DNA of 64,000 nt from the human T2T-CHM13v2.0 reference genome, Homo sapiens, in the NCBI RefSeq assembly GCF_009914755.1, contig NC_060929.1. One strand, given 5' to 3'. Below the pieces are notes generated by a model. That model saw only the letters and a list, made by a program, of their open reading frames with translations. It did no database searches and had not been told where the DNA came from. The position numbers and the translations under genes are program-made. The stretch's first letter is position 1. Every line of letters starts with the position of its first letter. Shown here in pieces: positions 1-12,827 of this stretch.

Positions 1-617
1 TCTTGGCTTTGGAGGCCTTTTAAAAATGTGCACTCATATGTGTATAAATATAAACATCTTCTTAACAGAATGCATATTAAATTACACTTTTAAAGGAAGT
101 AGTATACATTCTTACTCCCATGCCTTACCCTGTTTCTAAGGAGGATTTGAGGTAACTATGAACATACTTAGTCCTGTATGAAAACTTTGGTTGTGGCTTA
201 ATTTATTTTTTATTACAAAGCCATCCTTCTATATTACAATACATAAGAGGCTTATAATATCAGAATCATATATTTTATTTGATGTTATGTTTGATTTTTT
301 ATGTTATGAGCATTGTATATGTATTCTTGATATATAAATACGCATATAATATATTCATATTCCTTAGATAGATACTGGTGTTATCCTCATTTTATGGATG
401 AACAGATTGAGGCATAGGGAAGCTGGGTAACTTTCCCAAGCTCACATAGTTGGTAGGTTACAGCTGAGACTCACACTTTTTGCAGGTTTATCTTCCCTCT
501 GAGCCTGTACAAGGTGGAGGTTGCTAATAGAAGTTTTGTTTCTTTTTAATTGACCAACTTAGAATACTCTTTGGAGGGGAAAACTTATCTACCTCACAAT
601 AGATTCCTGATACTTAC

Positions 618-843
618 TGGATTTATAATCTGGAGACTGTTTCTCACAGTTCTCACCATAGGTGCCACTCTGACACACACACAGACATTCAGTCCCTGAG
701 AGGGTGGGTCGGCCATTATTAGGGCATGGAGCACACTGGCAAGGATCGAACTTGGCTGCATACTCTTGCAAAGCTTTCCTGAGGTTGTTCCGTTTTGTCA
801 CTGCACAGGGGATGTTTCTTACCAAGTCCACGATGGGGGCAAG
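618..843 (-). CDS. C6: C6 exon 11 (MACPF end + EGF-like: LAPIVDLVRNIPC...CEKQSPDYKS)
   Basis: Acceptor ctag|CTTGCC at 843, donor TCCA|gtaagt at 618; 226 nt; ORF 589..831 translation. Confidence 0.97.
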
Positions 844-2168
844 CTAGGAGAAAATGGGAGAGAGGAGGTCCAGTCACATCCCCTTTGGTAATAGGTTGCC
901 ATTACTGCCCAGTTCTCTGAAATGAGAGGGAAAGCCTGAAAATTTTACACTTCAAAGGGATTATTGCAGAATATAGTATTGCACCTGTTGAACCAGTAGG
1001 CAAAAGCCTTCTACCTGTGGACAGGTGTGATGTATATGGCACTTACCTTCCCTACAATTTTACTGTGAAGGAAGCATGGGAGGTGTTGCTTACTTGGTTA
1101 TATATCATGTTATTTATTAAGTATTCTATGCATGCATCAAAGCACTGAGATAGGTGACCAAGAGTTAGGCAACTCTTTCCTGCTCTACTGAAACCTCATT
1201 AAATTTGATTCAAGCAGCAAAAAATTTAGAGAGGATAAGAGAAGCTTTCCATGTTCTTTTTTTCCAGGACAGTTTTGGCTTTTGTTGGAGTTAGATGAGA
1301 AAATGTGGAGTGGGAGAAAATGAAGAAATAAACTTGCCAGTAGGATGAATGGAAGAATTACAGTAACAAATAATAGGCTAATGATAAATCAGTGCTCATT
1401 TTATTAACATCATAAAACCTCAAAGAAATGACCTTCTAGTGCAATATGACTTGCAAGTACCCGGAGGGGCAGCTGGGTCTCATTTTTCTCCCATAACATG
1501 TAGAGCTCAACACATCTTCACGCTGCAGGCAAATGATTCTATTTTCATAATGATTGAAACCTTTTATCTTCATTTAAATGAAATGAACATAACAGCTTCT
1601 TTGGAGGCCTTTTAAAAATATGGATATGTTTGGGGGAAAACAGGTTCTAAATGGCATATGGCTGATACGTGGGTAAAGTATTCCATAAATAATAAATATC
1701 ACCTTTTAATGTAATTACAACAAATACAAAACTGGTAAATTCAATCAATAGTAATAGAAATGGATCTAAAATCTCATTTATCTCACAGAGCTACAAATGA
1801 AGACTTAGGAGTGTTCATCAAATAAGGAGTTGCAAGAAGAACACAGAAACCAGATTTATTGTTTACATGAAAAAATAAAAAGTACTACTCAAGGCAAGTT
1901 TGAGCATTTTTATTCACTAAGTTCCATTTCCTGGTGTTTCATGCATGCTAGGAATTCTAAATACTGTACTGTTGAATGCTTGTTTGAATAGCAAACGCAT
2001 TAGACATGCAATTTAACATTTAAAAAAAGGTACATTGTGCATGAATACTAAAGAAAGGCATTTCTTTCATTGTCTGAGAAGAAAATGGAAAATAAATTGT
2101 GTGATGTGCAATTTGGGCTGCTAGAGAACTACTTTAGATCTCTTACCTGGAATAATTTTTACTCTTAC

Positions 2169-2335
2169 CTCAAAGTCAATCACAGCAGGATTTTCCTTCA
2201 CTGATTCTAACCACTCAGAAAATGTCTTCTCCTCCAGACCAGAGCTCCCTTTCTCCCATGCCAAAGCTGCTCCATATTCACTCCTTCCACCTCGAATCAG
2301 GGATATGGATTTCTCTGCTCCCTGTATAAATGAAC
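2169..2335 (-). CDS. C6: C6 exon 10 (MACPF: SFIQGAEKSISLIRGGRSE...PAVIDFE)
   Basis: Acceptor tgcag|GTTC at 2335, donor GAG|gtaaga at 2169; 167 nt. Confidence 0.97.
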
Positions 2336-2543
2336 CTGCAAGGTGTTTCAATAAAAATGCCCATTTAATTTTAGTGCAAATTCCTATTCTAAAACAAACA
2401 AACAAAAACCTATTTGTACAGAAGGGAGAAGTAGATGGTACAGTATGTAGCTCCATTAAGAAAGCTAAGTGAAAAAGCAAGAGAACACTCCTCCTCCCTG
2501 TAGGGAGTTTAATAATAGAAATAATAATAACAGTACTAACAGC

Positions 2544-2742
2544 TACCATTTATTAAGCATCTGGTAGATGCCAGGCACTTTACACACATCTTATATAATT
2601 CTCATGACAACCCTGAGAAGTAGGTATTATTATAAACATTGAAGCCGAAAGTAATTTGTCCTGGAACACATGGTTACTAAGAGACAGGACTAGGATGCAA
2701 ATATAGCCCAGTCCTTGACTACTCTGCCCCTTACTCTTTAAT
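2544..2742 (-). mobile_element. MIR
   Basis: ACCATTTATTAAGCATCTGGTAGATGCCAGGCAC...CATGACAACCCTGAGAAGTAGG. Other MIRs at ~380-480, 6853-6990, 26260-26410, 27170-27360, 40900-41095, 44670-44820, 54600-54740. Confidence 0.65.
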
Positions 2743-3786
2743 GTCAACCGCCCTGCTTCTGATTTATGTTAGCATATGTTTTGGGTGCCCAGAATAAGAT
2801 AAGTCACATGGCTTCTGATAGCCAGTCAATTGACTGTCATGGTGAAACTTCCAATTACAGGGAAAAAATGGTGGAATGATTTTATATTTAAAGACAGAGG
2901 TGAAAGCACAACTAACACAGAAAAAAACCCCCATCAGGTTAAGAGTTGGCACAATGTTTCTTTAGACACAATGACATTTACTGTTAAAGTATATAGCACA
3001 ACTCTTTTATACAAATTGCCATAACAATTTCCACTAACCAAATGGTAACTCTAACTAACAGGGATAGAGACTGAGTAATAAGGAATTGCCATAAGAAATA
3101 GTAGCAAATAAAAAGAAGGCTAGTGATATGAGCGATAGTTAGTGGCATTAATTTGGTGTCTATCAGTAAGAATTAGCTATGATCCCACTATTTAGCAATT
3201 CTATAGTAAGATAGTCTAGAATGATTAGGAAATGGATGCAACTGTCTTCCTATGAAGAAAGTAGTATGGCTGCTTTTAGAGTCAAGTGCATAACACAACA
3301 CAGGTATAAGGCGTAACAAAACAAAGGTATACAAGGAAAATTTTAGAGGTTTTTGTATTTATTTTTCATGGAAAAGTAGAAGCCAAATTAGAGTTTGCCA
3401 ATATATCATGTACAGACTGACAGTGGCTTCGTCATGTTATTTCATATTTAGATTGATACCATGTATTTCATAAATGGATTGACACTGGTAAGGGTTATCT
3501 GTGAGGGGCATGGGATCCTGAAGAAAGAGTAAGTCTGTTTACTGTTCCATTAGCTTACTCTCACAAGTGAGCAAGTGCCTTAAAAAGATTCCAGAAAGAA
3601 AATGCAGATTGAAGATAATGCCAATAATGCAAACAAAAGAAAAAAAAAAACTAGTAAAAGACAGAATGAATATTTCTACTTATACAATCTTCTCAGAAGC
3701 CACATCGTAAGATGAACACCAAAGCTGACCAAAAGCATGTCAAAAATTTCAAGAAACTTTTGTAATATATGTATTTATCAATGAAC

Positions 3787-4090
<304 letters not shown>

Positions 4091-4559
4091 TGAACTTTGT
4101 TTTTAAGTGTGTGCAGCCACTACTATGAGGAAGATAAAAGTTCTGTTTGTTTCATATATGCTATTTAAAAAACAATTTCCATTTTTTACATTTGCATATT
4201 TTAATGCACATTTTTGAATAATACATTTCTACAATTCTTTAGTAAAAATGTATAAATTAGTGATATATCCTCAAAAAATTTTAAAAATGATATAATTACA
4301 GATTTGAGAAGTCTGAAGTCCAATGATTTAACTGAAATAGCTCAGGGTTAGAAATAGGCAAATCTATGTTCTTGTGTGTGTTTTGCTCTTCAATGTGTCT
4401 GTGACTTTGACTTTAGGCAAATTGTCATCAATAATTTGTTGAGAATCTTCTATATGTCAGGCCCAGATAAATATAAAATATCGTGTTAAGAACTCAGACT
4501 CTCAATGAGTATATGGAATAGGTATATAAATATGCTAGCAAGACTATGGAGAAATAAAC

Positions 4560-4645
4560 AAGGATGGAAAAGAAGAAAGGAAGGAAGGTAGAAAGGGGGG
4601 AGGGAGGGAGAGAGGGAGGGAAAATGGAAGAAAAGAAAGGAAATT
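4560..4645. repeat. GA-rich polypurine tract
   Basis: AAGG/GGGA repeats. Confidence 0.8.
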
Positions 4646-5309
4646 AAAAAGACCAATAAAATAGTTTTTGCTTAGTATTACTCAATGGTAAAAACAATGA
4701 ACAATTACTGAGTTAGGAAAATGAAATAATTCTGTCATCTTTGGCAATTAAGGAGGATGGCGCTCTGAAGGAAGACTGACATGTTCCTGGAAGGAAAGGT
4801 GAGACCTATTAGGGAGATCATGGCCCTAATATTAGGGAGACAATGGCCTTCTAAGCATGGGCACACCATGGGCAAGGACCTGGAGTCAGGGCCGTTGTGC
4901 CATGCTCTGGAGACAGCACATATAGGCATGAGTTTGAGTTGAAATGGAAGGTCCAGGGAGGGGGAAGAACAGCAGAAATGAGAGAGTCTGGATGTAAAGC
5001 CAAGGAAATTAGACTTCATTCTTCAGGTTTAGAAACAATTGCATTCCCTAGAAACAATGAAAGGTTTTGAGGTGGGGATTTAAAATGATTCAGGAATATT
5101 AGCAGTATTGTGTCATCTGGGTAGCAATGGGTAATTGAAAAGCCAGCTTGGAGCCTATTGCAACGGTCTCTAACTTTGCAATGTCCTCTTGTTCCTACAG
5201 GCTGAAAACTGGGGTCCATATGTGATATTTTCTCATGTCAATTCCTCTACATTAACTCAGTTTCCTAAGTTGCCCTGATTCCAGTCTAGTATTTTCTTAT
5301 ATTTTAAGT

Positions 5310-6075
5310 AAATTTTTATACTGAAGTATAATATTGACACAGAAATGTACATAAATCATTAAGCATACAGCTCAATTAATTTGTAAAAAGTGAGCACACC
5401 CATATAATCACTGCCCACGCCTGGAAATAGAACTCTAGCAACACCGGAAAGCCTCCTTCATGCTTTTATCCAGTCATTATTCCATCCCCAAATGCAAACG
5501 CCAATTGTATTATTATTGCTATAGATTAGCTTTGCATATTTTTAACTTTATATGTAAGGTTTTAAAACATGTACTCTTTTGTGCCTGGTTTCTTTTGCTC
5601 AGTTTTATGTTTGTGGCATTCATCTATCTTGTTTGTAGTAGTAGTTAATTCATATCATAATTTGCTCATTTTACTCTTGATAGACATTTGAGTTGTATCC
5701 AATAAATGAACAATGTGGCTTTTCTTATTTTTGATCCATGTGTGTGCATATTTTTGTTGGCGCATATCTATTAGTAGAGTTTCTAAGTCATAAATATGTG
5801 TGCGTGCATTTATGTTTCACTTTAGTAGATATTGCCAAATAGTTTCCAAAATGGTATTACCAATTTATACTCCTACCAGCAATGTATGGCAGGTTGTGAA
5901 GTTCTACTGCCAATACTTGTTAATTTAAATTTTTTCATCATTTGCATGAGGTGGTATTTTATGGTTTTAATTTTATCCTTTTGATTCCCAGTTATCTTTA
6001 TCATATTTTCATGTTTATTGCTTTTTAAAATATGTTCTTTTGTGAAGGGCTTATTCTATATTTTTGCTTATTTTA
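5310..6075 (-). mobile_element. Old L1 (L1ME/MD-like) 3' fragment
   Basis: GATATTGCCAAATAGTTTCCAAAATGGTATTACCAATTTATACTCCTACCAGCAATGTATG, typical of L1M. Confidence 0.7.
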
Positions 6076-8048
6076 CAATTTCAACTACAATTTTCCTATA
6101 TTATATGTCTTTACTACATGTCACTTGTGCAACTACAAAATAATTATAGCAGACATGTATTGAATATTTAGTATAGCCTAGGCTTTGTCCTCATCAATTT
6201 ATATGGATTGTTTATTTAATTCTCACAATAAGCATAAGTAAATACTATTATTATTTTTATTTTACTTACAAGAAGAAAGATTAAACTCTTGATGTTGATT
6301 ACATAGCCAATCAACAGTGGAGCCAACACTTGAATATAATCTAGCCTGAAAATTTAGGCGATATGCAATGAACTTAATACATCACAGCATGAAATAATTT
6401 CTATAAATAACATTTTACTTTCCTACTTGGTAATTTTTACTGCTTTCCCACTGAATCAATCCAGTAAAGTGTTCTGCTCAATAGTAAGTCTGTGAATTTC
6501 TTGGCAAGGTATTTTAGGGGAAAACTGCATAGTATATCAGCTTCTTAAAAAACTACAATGTTCTTTATAATTTTAAAAGCTGAGAATTTCTCTTAAACAC
6601 TGTTACACTCAAAGTTTTTCAATTTAAAGATGGAACTCCCTTTTCACATGCAGCACCTATTAACATTCTGTAGATGATATGTGGGATAGTGACAATATTT
6701 AATAGGATTAAGTCTAATTTTTTTAGTAAGGCATACAAGCCCTGTTTTGTATGGACTAAACCTACCTTGTCAGCTTTATTTCACAAATTTATGCTCAAGC
6801 TAAATAGAAATACTCATTTATTCATTTACACATTCATTCTTTTCCTCTCTATGCCTCTGTGTCCTCATCTATAAAATGGGGGTAATAATTGTACCAGTCT
6901 CATGGGGTTGTTGTGAGAATTAGAAGTTAACACACACAGAACACTTAGGACAGTGCCTGGAGCATAGCAAGAGTTCAATAAATGTTAATTACCCATTCAT
7001 TTATTCTTTCAAGCATTCATGTGTTCAATGAGCACATCTATTAAACATTTATAATGTGCTAAACATGGTACGAAGTACTGAGGACATAAAGACCATGTCA
7101 CTGTCCTGAATTTGCATACTGTGGAGGAAATAGAAAGTAAACATAATACAGTGTGATGAGTGCTATGATGTTGTGAATGCAGGTTGCAGTGAGTACGTCT
7201 AGGAGGGCACCTAACCTTAATTATGAACAACAATAGAGATGGTAATCAGGTAAGACTTCTTGGACTGTCTGCTAAAAATTTCAATTTTGAAATTTTTCAA
7301 TTTTGAAATTACAATTTCAAGATTTTGTTACTTCAAAATAGCTATTACATCTTTAGCATATTTAACACTTAAGCAATGCAGAAAAGCACAATAATTATTC
7401 CCCTTGTTGTTTAGTCTTAGTTTTATACAGTAAATGAATCCAGTTCTCATTGCTTCATCTTTGCTCACTGTTTCTTTACTCCTGGGCTCTATATTTATCT
7501 GTTGGATTAATGTTTTAATATTAATTTTTTTATGTGTTTTTATATTTTCTTTATCTCTATTATTTCTCTCATAATTGAAGCTGAATCATGGGCTTTCTAT
7601 ATATACAGCCTCAGGCTGGAGAGAGTCAAGAGAGAAAAAGAGCAAAATTTTGTCTTTCGAGATCTCAAGTATACTTTTATAAATCTAGCAAAAATCATAG
7701 ATTTGAAGGCTAGGGTTTTTAATGTCAAGGGCCAGGCTCTTGAGAGAGAAAAAGAATTCTTGAGTCCTTAATGCTTGAACTAAAATATCAAGAGCCACAC
7801 ATTTTAGGATTCAGAATCACAGAATTTACAACATCAACCACAGAATGATAAAAAATGTATACAACAGCCATTTTCCTTCTCAAAAGTAGGAAAGATTTTG
7901 AGCAGCTGGGAGAATGGGGGAATATTGGACATGTGGTAACTAAAATATAGACTTGATGGATTCCTTAGTGCAGGCCTAAGATTCCACCACTTTGGGGAAA
8001 ATCTTGGAAATAATAGTTTGACAAGTAGAAGTTTGATAGAAGCTCATA

Positions 8049-9324
8049 AGAGGCTCTGCAATAAGTTAATGGAAAATGTGTATTATGAAAAAAATGCATA
8101 GCTTTCAAATTTTTTTGCACAAAAATAAACTCATACTAACTTATCATAACATAGCTGAATAGGATCAAGCTTGAGGCACAAAGAGGGATAAGACATCAGT
8201 TTGAAAAGAGTCCCTATCAGAGCAACTTGAAATTTGCTAAAATAGAAGTAAGACCAAACATCAAATTTATGGTGAAGCTTGGGAGGAAGAATGGTGAAAT
8301 CACTGATGCCTTAGGAAAAGTTTATGGGGACAATACTTCAAGGCAATCAGCAGTTTACAGATTCATAACTCATTGTAGGAAGGGAAGAAATAATGTTGAA
8401 GAGAAAACTCCTAGCAGTAGACCATCTACATGAATTTGTGAGGAAAAAATTTACCTTATTCCTGCCCTAATTGAAGAAGACTGATGATTAACAGTGGGAA
8501 CAAGAGCCAACACTGTAGAAATCTTAATTAGTTCAGTTTACACAATCATAACTGAAAAATTAAAGATGAGCAAACTTTCCACTCAATAGCTGCCAAAACT
8601 ACTGTGTCCAGATCAGCTGCAGACAAGAGCAGAGCTTTCAATAAAAATTTTAAACATGTAGGATCAGATCCTGAAGCACTTTTAAAAAAGAAATGTACAC
8701 AGGAGATGAAAAATGGATTTACTAGTATGGTCCTGAAGACAAAGCACTATCAAAGTAATGGCTACCAAGAGGTGGAAGTGGGCCAGCCAAAGCAAAAATG
8801 GCCTAGTCAAGAGCAAAGGTCTTGGAAATGGTTTTGTGGGATGCTCGAGGCATTTTGCTTGTTGATTTGCTGGAGGGTCAAAGAATAATAACATATTATG
8901 AGAGTGTTTTGAGACAGCCAAACTTTTAGCAGAAAAATGCCCAGGAAAGCTTTACCAGGGACACCTTCTCTACTGTGACGATGCTCCTACTCATTCCTCT
9001 AATCAAACAAGGGCAATTTTTTAGATGAGAAATTATTAGATATTCACCTTACAGTCTTTCTTTGACTCCTTCTGACTTCTTTTGTTTTCTAATCTTAAAA
9101 ATGTCTTTAAAGGGCACCCTTTTTTTCAGTTATTAATGTGAAGAAGATTGCATTGACACAGTTAAAGTCCTAGGACCCTCAGTTCCTTACGGATGGACTA
9201 AATGGCTGGCATCATTGCTAACAAATGTGTCAACTTGATGAAACTTATGTTGATAAATAAAGTTTATATTTTCTATTTTTATCTTTTACTTCCAGTTCCC
9301 TGTGAACTTTTTGAAGTCCTCTCA
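8049..9324 (+). mobile_element. Hsmar2 (mariner) DNA transposon, near full-length, degenerate transposase
   Basis: Degenerate terminal inverted repeats, ~1.28 kb length. ORF 8227..8433 (KIEVRPNIKFMVKLGRKNGEITDALGKVYGD) is the mariner transposase N-terminal HTH region; the rest is disrupted. Confidence 0.9.
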
Positions 9325-9748
9325 TGTACATTTAATCTTCTCAAGTAGTAGGAAGGGAATGGCAAGCCTTGTAGAGAATCTTTTGTATCCAACATGGCAC
9401 CCAAGCAAGTAGTTCCTTAGTAGTCTCAAGGCCCTCACATTTCACTGTGATGTACAGAAAACAGGCAAGGGTTCCCTAAAGCCTGAAGAAGGTGAGAAAG
9501 TCTTGAGAAAGAGTGGTAGACAAAAGATGGCCTGGCCTTTTTGTGAGGAAGATTCAAAGGATATGGATCTAGTAACCAAAAGCCAAGGCAGGACCATCAA
9601 CATTGGCAATAGGTGCCAGTGCATGATTGTGAGAACCAGAGGAGGCAAATGACCTATCAGATGAGGCTAGCCAAGGCAAAGAGAAACATGCTAACAAAGG
9701 TCTCATTCTCCCTGTGACTCTAGGATACTATCTGGCCACCCTTCCCCA

Positions 9749-9828
9749 ACACATATGCATATGCATATGCATGTGCATGTGTACATACACACATACGCAC
9801 ACACACACAGGCACACACACACACGCAC
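9749..9828. repeat. Alternating purine-pyrimidine tract (ATATGC)n/(CA)n
   Basis: Seen directly. Confidence 0.85.
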
Positions 9829-9979
9829 TCTTAAATTATCCCTGACAAGCAGCAAAGGAGAAAGGTGAGGGAATCCTGAGTTTGACTGAAAATTGAAAAC
9901 TGAAACTCAGAACGGCTGGGTTACATTACACTGGCAATTTTATACTTTTTACCACTTAGAAGAAATAGGAATTTGAGAG

Positions 9980-10359
9980 TATATCAGTTCATTCTTTCAT
10001 TGCAATAAAGAACTACCTGAGACTGGGTAATTTATAAAGAAAAGAGGTTTAATTGGGTCACCGTTCCACAGGCTGTACAGGAAGCCTGGCAGGGGAGGCC
10101 TCGGGAAACTTGCAATCATGGCAGAAGGTGAAGAGGAAGGAGTCACGTCCTACATGACTGGAGTGGTAGGAGGAGGGTGAAGGGGAAAGTGCTGCATACT
10201 TTTAAACAACCAGATCTCATAAGAACTCACTATCACGAGAACAGCAGGGAGGAATTCTGCCCCAATGATCCAGTCACCTCCCACCAGACCCCTCCTCCAA
10301 CATTGGGGATTACAATTCTAAATGAGATATGGGAAGGGATACAAATCCAAACCATATCA
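9980..10359 (-). mobile_element. MaLR solo LTR (MSTA/THE1D-like)
   Basis: CCTGAGACTGGGTAATTTATAAAGAAAAGAGGTTTAATTG...CAAACCATATCA; 5-bp TSD-like GAGAG/GAAAG. Confidence 0.88.
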
Positions 10360-11299
10360 GAAAGCTATGTTAAGTTCCATTAAAATATCCTAGCTTTGAA
10401 CATCTGAATTATTCCAATTGGTTTTTCATTCATGTCTTTGTTGCATAGATTTTATAGTTGAGTAGTTTTTTTCCAGTAGGACTTAATACTGTATTTCTAG
10501 AATTTGTCTTGAAGTTGCATATTTGAACAATATTTCCCTGTATATAATCAAGAAAAAATTCTTCCTTTATTTCAGAGACATATTCTTATATAACATTTTT
10601 TAAAAATACAGTTTTTCTATTTCATTTACTGAGATCTCTTTTTCACGGATACTAATTTTCACATATTAAATTACATTTGTCATTCCATTTCCATCAAATT
10701 TTCTTTAATAATATCTAAATGTTTTTCCATGTTGAGATTACTTGATATCTTTCTTGTATGTGATTAATTTTATTAATTTTATTTTTAAAGAATTATATTT
10801 TGTCCTTGCATTGTATAATTTATTTATAATTATAATGATTATGTTTCTCAATGTTTGTTTTTGTACCTTAGCTTTGAAATCTGTTTTAATTAATTCTTGT
10901 ATTTAATCTGTCTATCTCTGAGTTCTTGATTTATTGAACTCATATTCTTATTAAATTATTTTACTACATGATAAACTGATATAGAATCTGTATTCATATT
11001 TTGGTTAATATTACCAGATTATTTGCTTTGCATGCTATATGCCTTTGTGCCCTCTTTTTCTTCTTTGCTATAAGGAGTGTGCAGTTGTCAAGCCAGTTCT
11101 TCTCATTTTGCTTATGCATAACACAGTCATGTGTATGTAGACCATCTACCTGTTCTGATATCATATTTAAAATTATCTGTTTATTATTATAGTAAATATT
11201 ATATTTTATTTGTTTCTTGTCTGTCTTCTCCATGAGAAGGTAAGCTTCAAATTTGGGAATGTCTGTGATTCTGCTTCCCTTTATTCTAAGTAGTCAAGC

Positions 11300-12140
11300 A
11301 AAATAAGGAAACAGAATTTTACAGAGAGGAAGGAGTTATTTATAATGGCAAGGCATAGGAGAGAGCATGACTTGTTTAGGAGGCTGTATAAAGTTTAGCT
11401 GTGCAGAGAAGGACAGGAACTTATGCTTAAGGCCATGTGAAACCTGACATGTTCTAAGTATGAAGGTTTCATGAATAAGATTTTCCATAGAGAAGATTCC
11501 TCTCAATAAAATGTGTAGAGTAGACTGGAATAAAACAGACTACAAGCAGGAAGACCACTTAGGGGGCTTCTAAGATAATCCAGGTTGGAAATACTGAATG
11601 GAAAGTTTGCCTTCCATTGAAGGTTTTATATCCATGGAAATAAAAAGAGGAAGACAACTTGCAGAGACATTCAGGAGGTAGAATGAATTGTGCATGGTTA
11701 CTTATTAGATATAGAAAGAGGGTAGAATCAAGGACAGCAGCCAGGTTTCTGGTTTGGCTGATTTAGTTGACGGTGATGCCATCATCAAGGCTGGGACTGC
11801 TGAAGGAGAGGAAAGGTGAAAGGAGCCAACCACTGCTGGTCACTCTGCAAGGCTCCTTATAAACACCATGTCACTTAGTCTTCACAACAGTCCTACTGGG
11901 CTATAATGTAAAGGCTATGCTATTAGATATGAGTGAGAACCAACAGCAGCAGGGAGAGAATATGTGAAGCATTGTAGCCTATAGACTTTCCGGTAGAGAT
12001 GTTTAGTGGACAGTAGATGTCTGGAGTTCAGAAGGGATGTCTGGGTTGGGGATTGGGATAGAAAAGTGAAAGCCTATTGGGATTGGGGATTGGGATAGAA
12101 GAGTGAAAGCAGTGGCTAAAATTGGGAAGGAGTAAGATCA
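11300..12140. mobile_element. L2-like fragment
   Basis: Purine-rich degenerate L2 features (AAGGACAGCAGCCAGGTTTCTGGTTTGG, GGAGTTCAGAAGGGATGTCTGGG). Boundaries approximate. Confidence 0.55.
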
Positions 12141-12704
12141 TTCTGCAAAACATAACTTGTATCTTCTTTTTTCAGTATTTTTTTGCCTGGATTTTCTTTC
12201 TCACTCTTTCCATTTGCCAAAGTCTTCAGCCATTTTTAATGCATGGCCCCAAAATAATTCTTTTCACAAAATCTGATGTATTTCAATCCCAGGATTTTCT
12301 TCTGCCCATAGTCCTTTATAGCCTTTTAGAAACTATACCTCTCTTAGACCCTTGTCAGTCTGTATTTTTAATGGATGTTTATATGTTTCTTTACTTTGTA
12401 AGGTCCTGGTTCACAGCCATATGCACTTCACAATGCCTAATATTGAGTTCTGTCCATGAGCAAAATCAATAAATTATTCATTAAACAGCCTAAGTATGAG
12501 ATAAAGAAAACCTTAACAATTTCCTTTTTTAGGTAATGCTAATGCTATTTTATTTGTATCCCCTATTCCAACACACAGGGTTCTGAGGAAGAGAAATGAA
12601 ATAAATGAAAAGCTAAAAATAGCACAGTCACATCCAATATGGTCTGTAAATGACAGCCAGGCTCAGGGCACACTGGATAAGCTGCTAAGAGAGAGTACTG
12701 TTAC

Positions 12705-12827
12705 CTTCATGTTTCTCTGACAGCTTGTTGGTGGTGCACCTATGTTCCACTTTTGTTTTCTTAGCAAATAAAACGCGTTTCTTTGTTTCAATCCTGACAC
12801 AGTGTTTGGCTTCTTCCTCGGTTAAAC
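12705..12827 (-). CDS. C6: C6 exon 9 (MACPF: LTEEEAKHCVRIETKKR...EKHE)
   Basis: Acceptor ctag|GTTT at 12827, donor AAG|gtaaca at 12705; 123 nt. Confidence 0.97.

Noticed and set aside
2121-2549. 142-aa ORF extending exon 10
   Set aside because: Only 2169-2335 is C6; the flanks are intronic read-through bounded by canonical splice sites.
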